From NCBI GenBank assembly GCA_002633005.1, contig NMRA01000068.1, positions 284,453 to 348,452 of the forward strand: a stretch of 64,000 nt of DNA, in the 5' to 3' direction. Below, in pieces: positions 62,494-64,000 of this stretch. The position numbers were made by a program, and so were the translations under genes. This DNA comes from Phoronis australis. Lineage: Eukaryota; Animalia; Phoronida. The notes under the pieces were generated by a model. It was given only the letters and a program-made list of their open reading frames with translations, was not told the origin of the DNA and did not search any database. Positions within the stretch are counted from its first letter, which is position 1; each line of letters starts with the position of its first letter.

Positions 62494-63639
62494 TCACAGA
62501 ATATTATCCTGGCTATTCTCACAAGGTATAACAACTTAGTGTTGACCTATGTCTAGATCAACTGAAGTCCTCATATTGTCCAAGACCAATTTCTTGATAA
62601 TTTTTTTGCAGATACTCCCAGGGCATATATCTTTGAAAAAACATGGACGTTTGAATTCTAAAATTATCCGGTCTAGTGGAAAACGGGCACCAAAGCCATA
62701 TCTAAATTTTCAGCAACTAACTCCAACTTTTGGGGACAACCACAATGATGCGTATCAGCACGCCTGGTTTCAAACTGTGCACCGTATACACATCAACACA
62801 CGAGCATATATTTTTTACTTTCAAATATTCGCCTGGGCATACATTAGGGTTTAACTTTCAGCCCCCAAACGGATATTTTCCGATTGTATACCTAGGCTTT
62901 TCTCCAGAGAGAGCGAGAAAATTAAACTGATTTTTTAAATCATATAAAACAATACATTGTTATATGACTGGGTAGCCAGCAAAGGCAGGTGATAGCTGAC
63001 CTCCGTGTAACAATAAATTAAGAAGACAATAACAACTAAGAAGAACTATGAAATTAACATCAGAAAAAAGCAAATCTACATCGAAATAAAATGCAATGCA
63101 AGATTATTTAAAAAACGTCAATCAAATGTATTTTACAATGATTTGTAAACAGGGACTATGGATGCAAAGGAAATTGCACGGTTGAAAAAGGATATGTCTA
63201 AGATGTAAGATAGGTGATCACGGTTACTTTAATAAGAAGATGCATAACAATATATAACATTGCATTGAGAGCTGTAAGTGCTTAATATGTATAAGATGTA
63301 GAACTCTGTAAGACATGCGTGTTGATTTTGTATCTTACATATCTTGGAAGGACACATTTATTTATCAAATCTGAGATTTTAAACATTAATGAATATCCAT
63401 GACTTTTTCTGTTACTGGTGGGTAGTTTTAAGATGGGTTGTTGACTGGTTATTCTTGGAAGATCTCGTGGTGACTAATGGTATGGGAAAATTGCAATCTG
63501 AAAGCAAATGGGCAACTGCTTATGTTTAATTGTATAAAAGAATTTTAGCCAAGTTTGTCATCATATGTCGTCATTCAAGAAGAAGTGTTCTGTTCTGTTT
63601 AGTAACGTTCATACAAATCTGTCAAAGTTAGATAGAGAG

Positions 63640-64000
63640 GACAATGAAAATATGCCACTAGGGGCATAGCAGTCATCAGATCTGTTCAAATGTCATTGTT
63701 GTCCATTGTCAACTTAATATAAATACACTTGCCAAATTTAATAAATGTCCTGTAGAGGGTTTGGGAGATACAGCCATAGACACAAAAAACTGCCAGTAAG
63801 AGGTGCCACAGAAGTCTGAGTCATCCAAAAACCATCATCAGCCGTCCTCTTCACACCAATTTTCAAAATCTTCCTTAGGGTGGTTGATAGAGGGGCGGAT
63901 GCCACAAACAGACTAGAAAAAGATGGCGCAACAACGTTGAATCCATCCAAAAACAGGAATATGTCATTGTTTCTTCAATAAAAAGCAATTTACTAAAGTT
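63640..64000 (+). mobile_element. Degraded HINE family A copy running off the window end
   Basis: tgccactaggggcata...aaatacacttgccaaattta...gatagaggggcgga matches the family A subunits. Confidence 0.7.

Noticed and set aside
1-64000. tRNA, rRNA or snoRNA genes
   Set aside because: No complete cloverleaf, rRNA or box C/D or H/ACA structure was recognised by eye. tRNAscan-SE and Infernal would be needed to exclude them.

Overview
Eukaryotic, intron-rich, AT-rich animal genomic DNA, probably from a marine invertebrate deuterostome (inference only); there are no operons or CRISPR arrays. Four spliced genes were rebuilt by hand with GT-AG junctions and matching phases: the last 8 coding exons of an SLC13 Na+/dicarboxylate-citrate transporter (+, 1246-7258), a complete inositol monophosphatase IMPA1/2-type gene (-, 7 coding exons, 276 aa, 33939-15616), a complete and divergent NUTF2 gene head-to-head with it (+, 4 exons, 125 aa, 37103-41273), and the last 5 exons of an SLC22 transporter (-, 60492-55266). 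There is also an intronless 426-aa coiled-coil orphan ORF (43242-44522). The rest is mostly mobile DNA: a CR1-group LINE, two Kolobok/THAP deletion derivatives, a pogo-like MITE, two tiny MITEs with 5-bp TSDs, a non-autonomous Ngaro-type YR retrotransposon, Helentron-associated (HINE-like) elements and several minisatellites. The most striking unexplained signal is one HINE-like family whose ~145-160-bp internal subunits each carry a CTCF-consensus-like motif, giving phased, co-oriented motif arrays.
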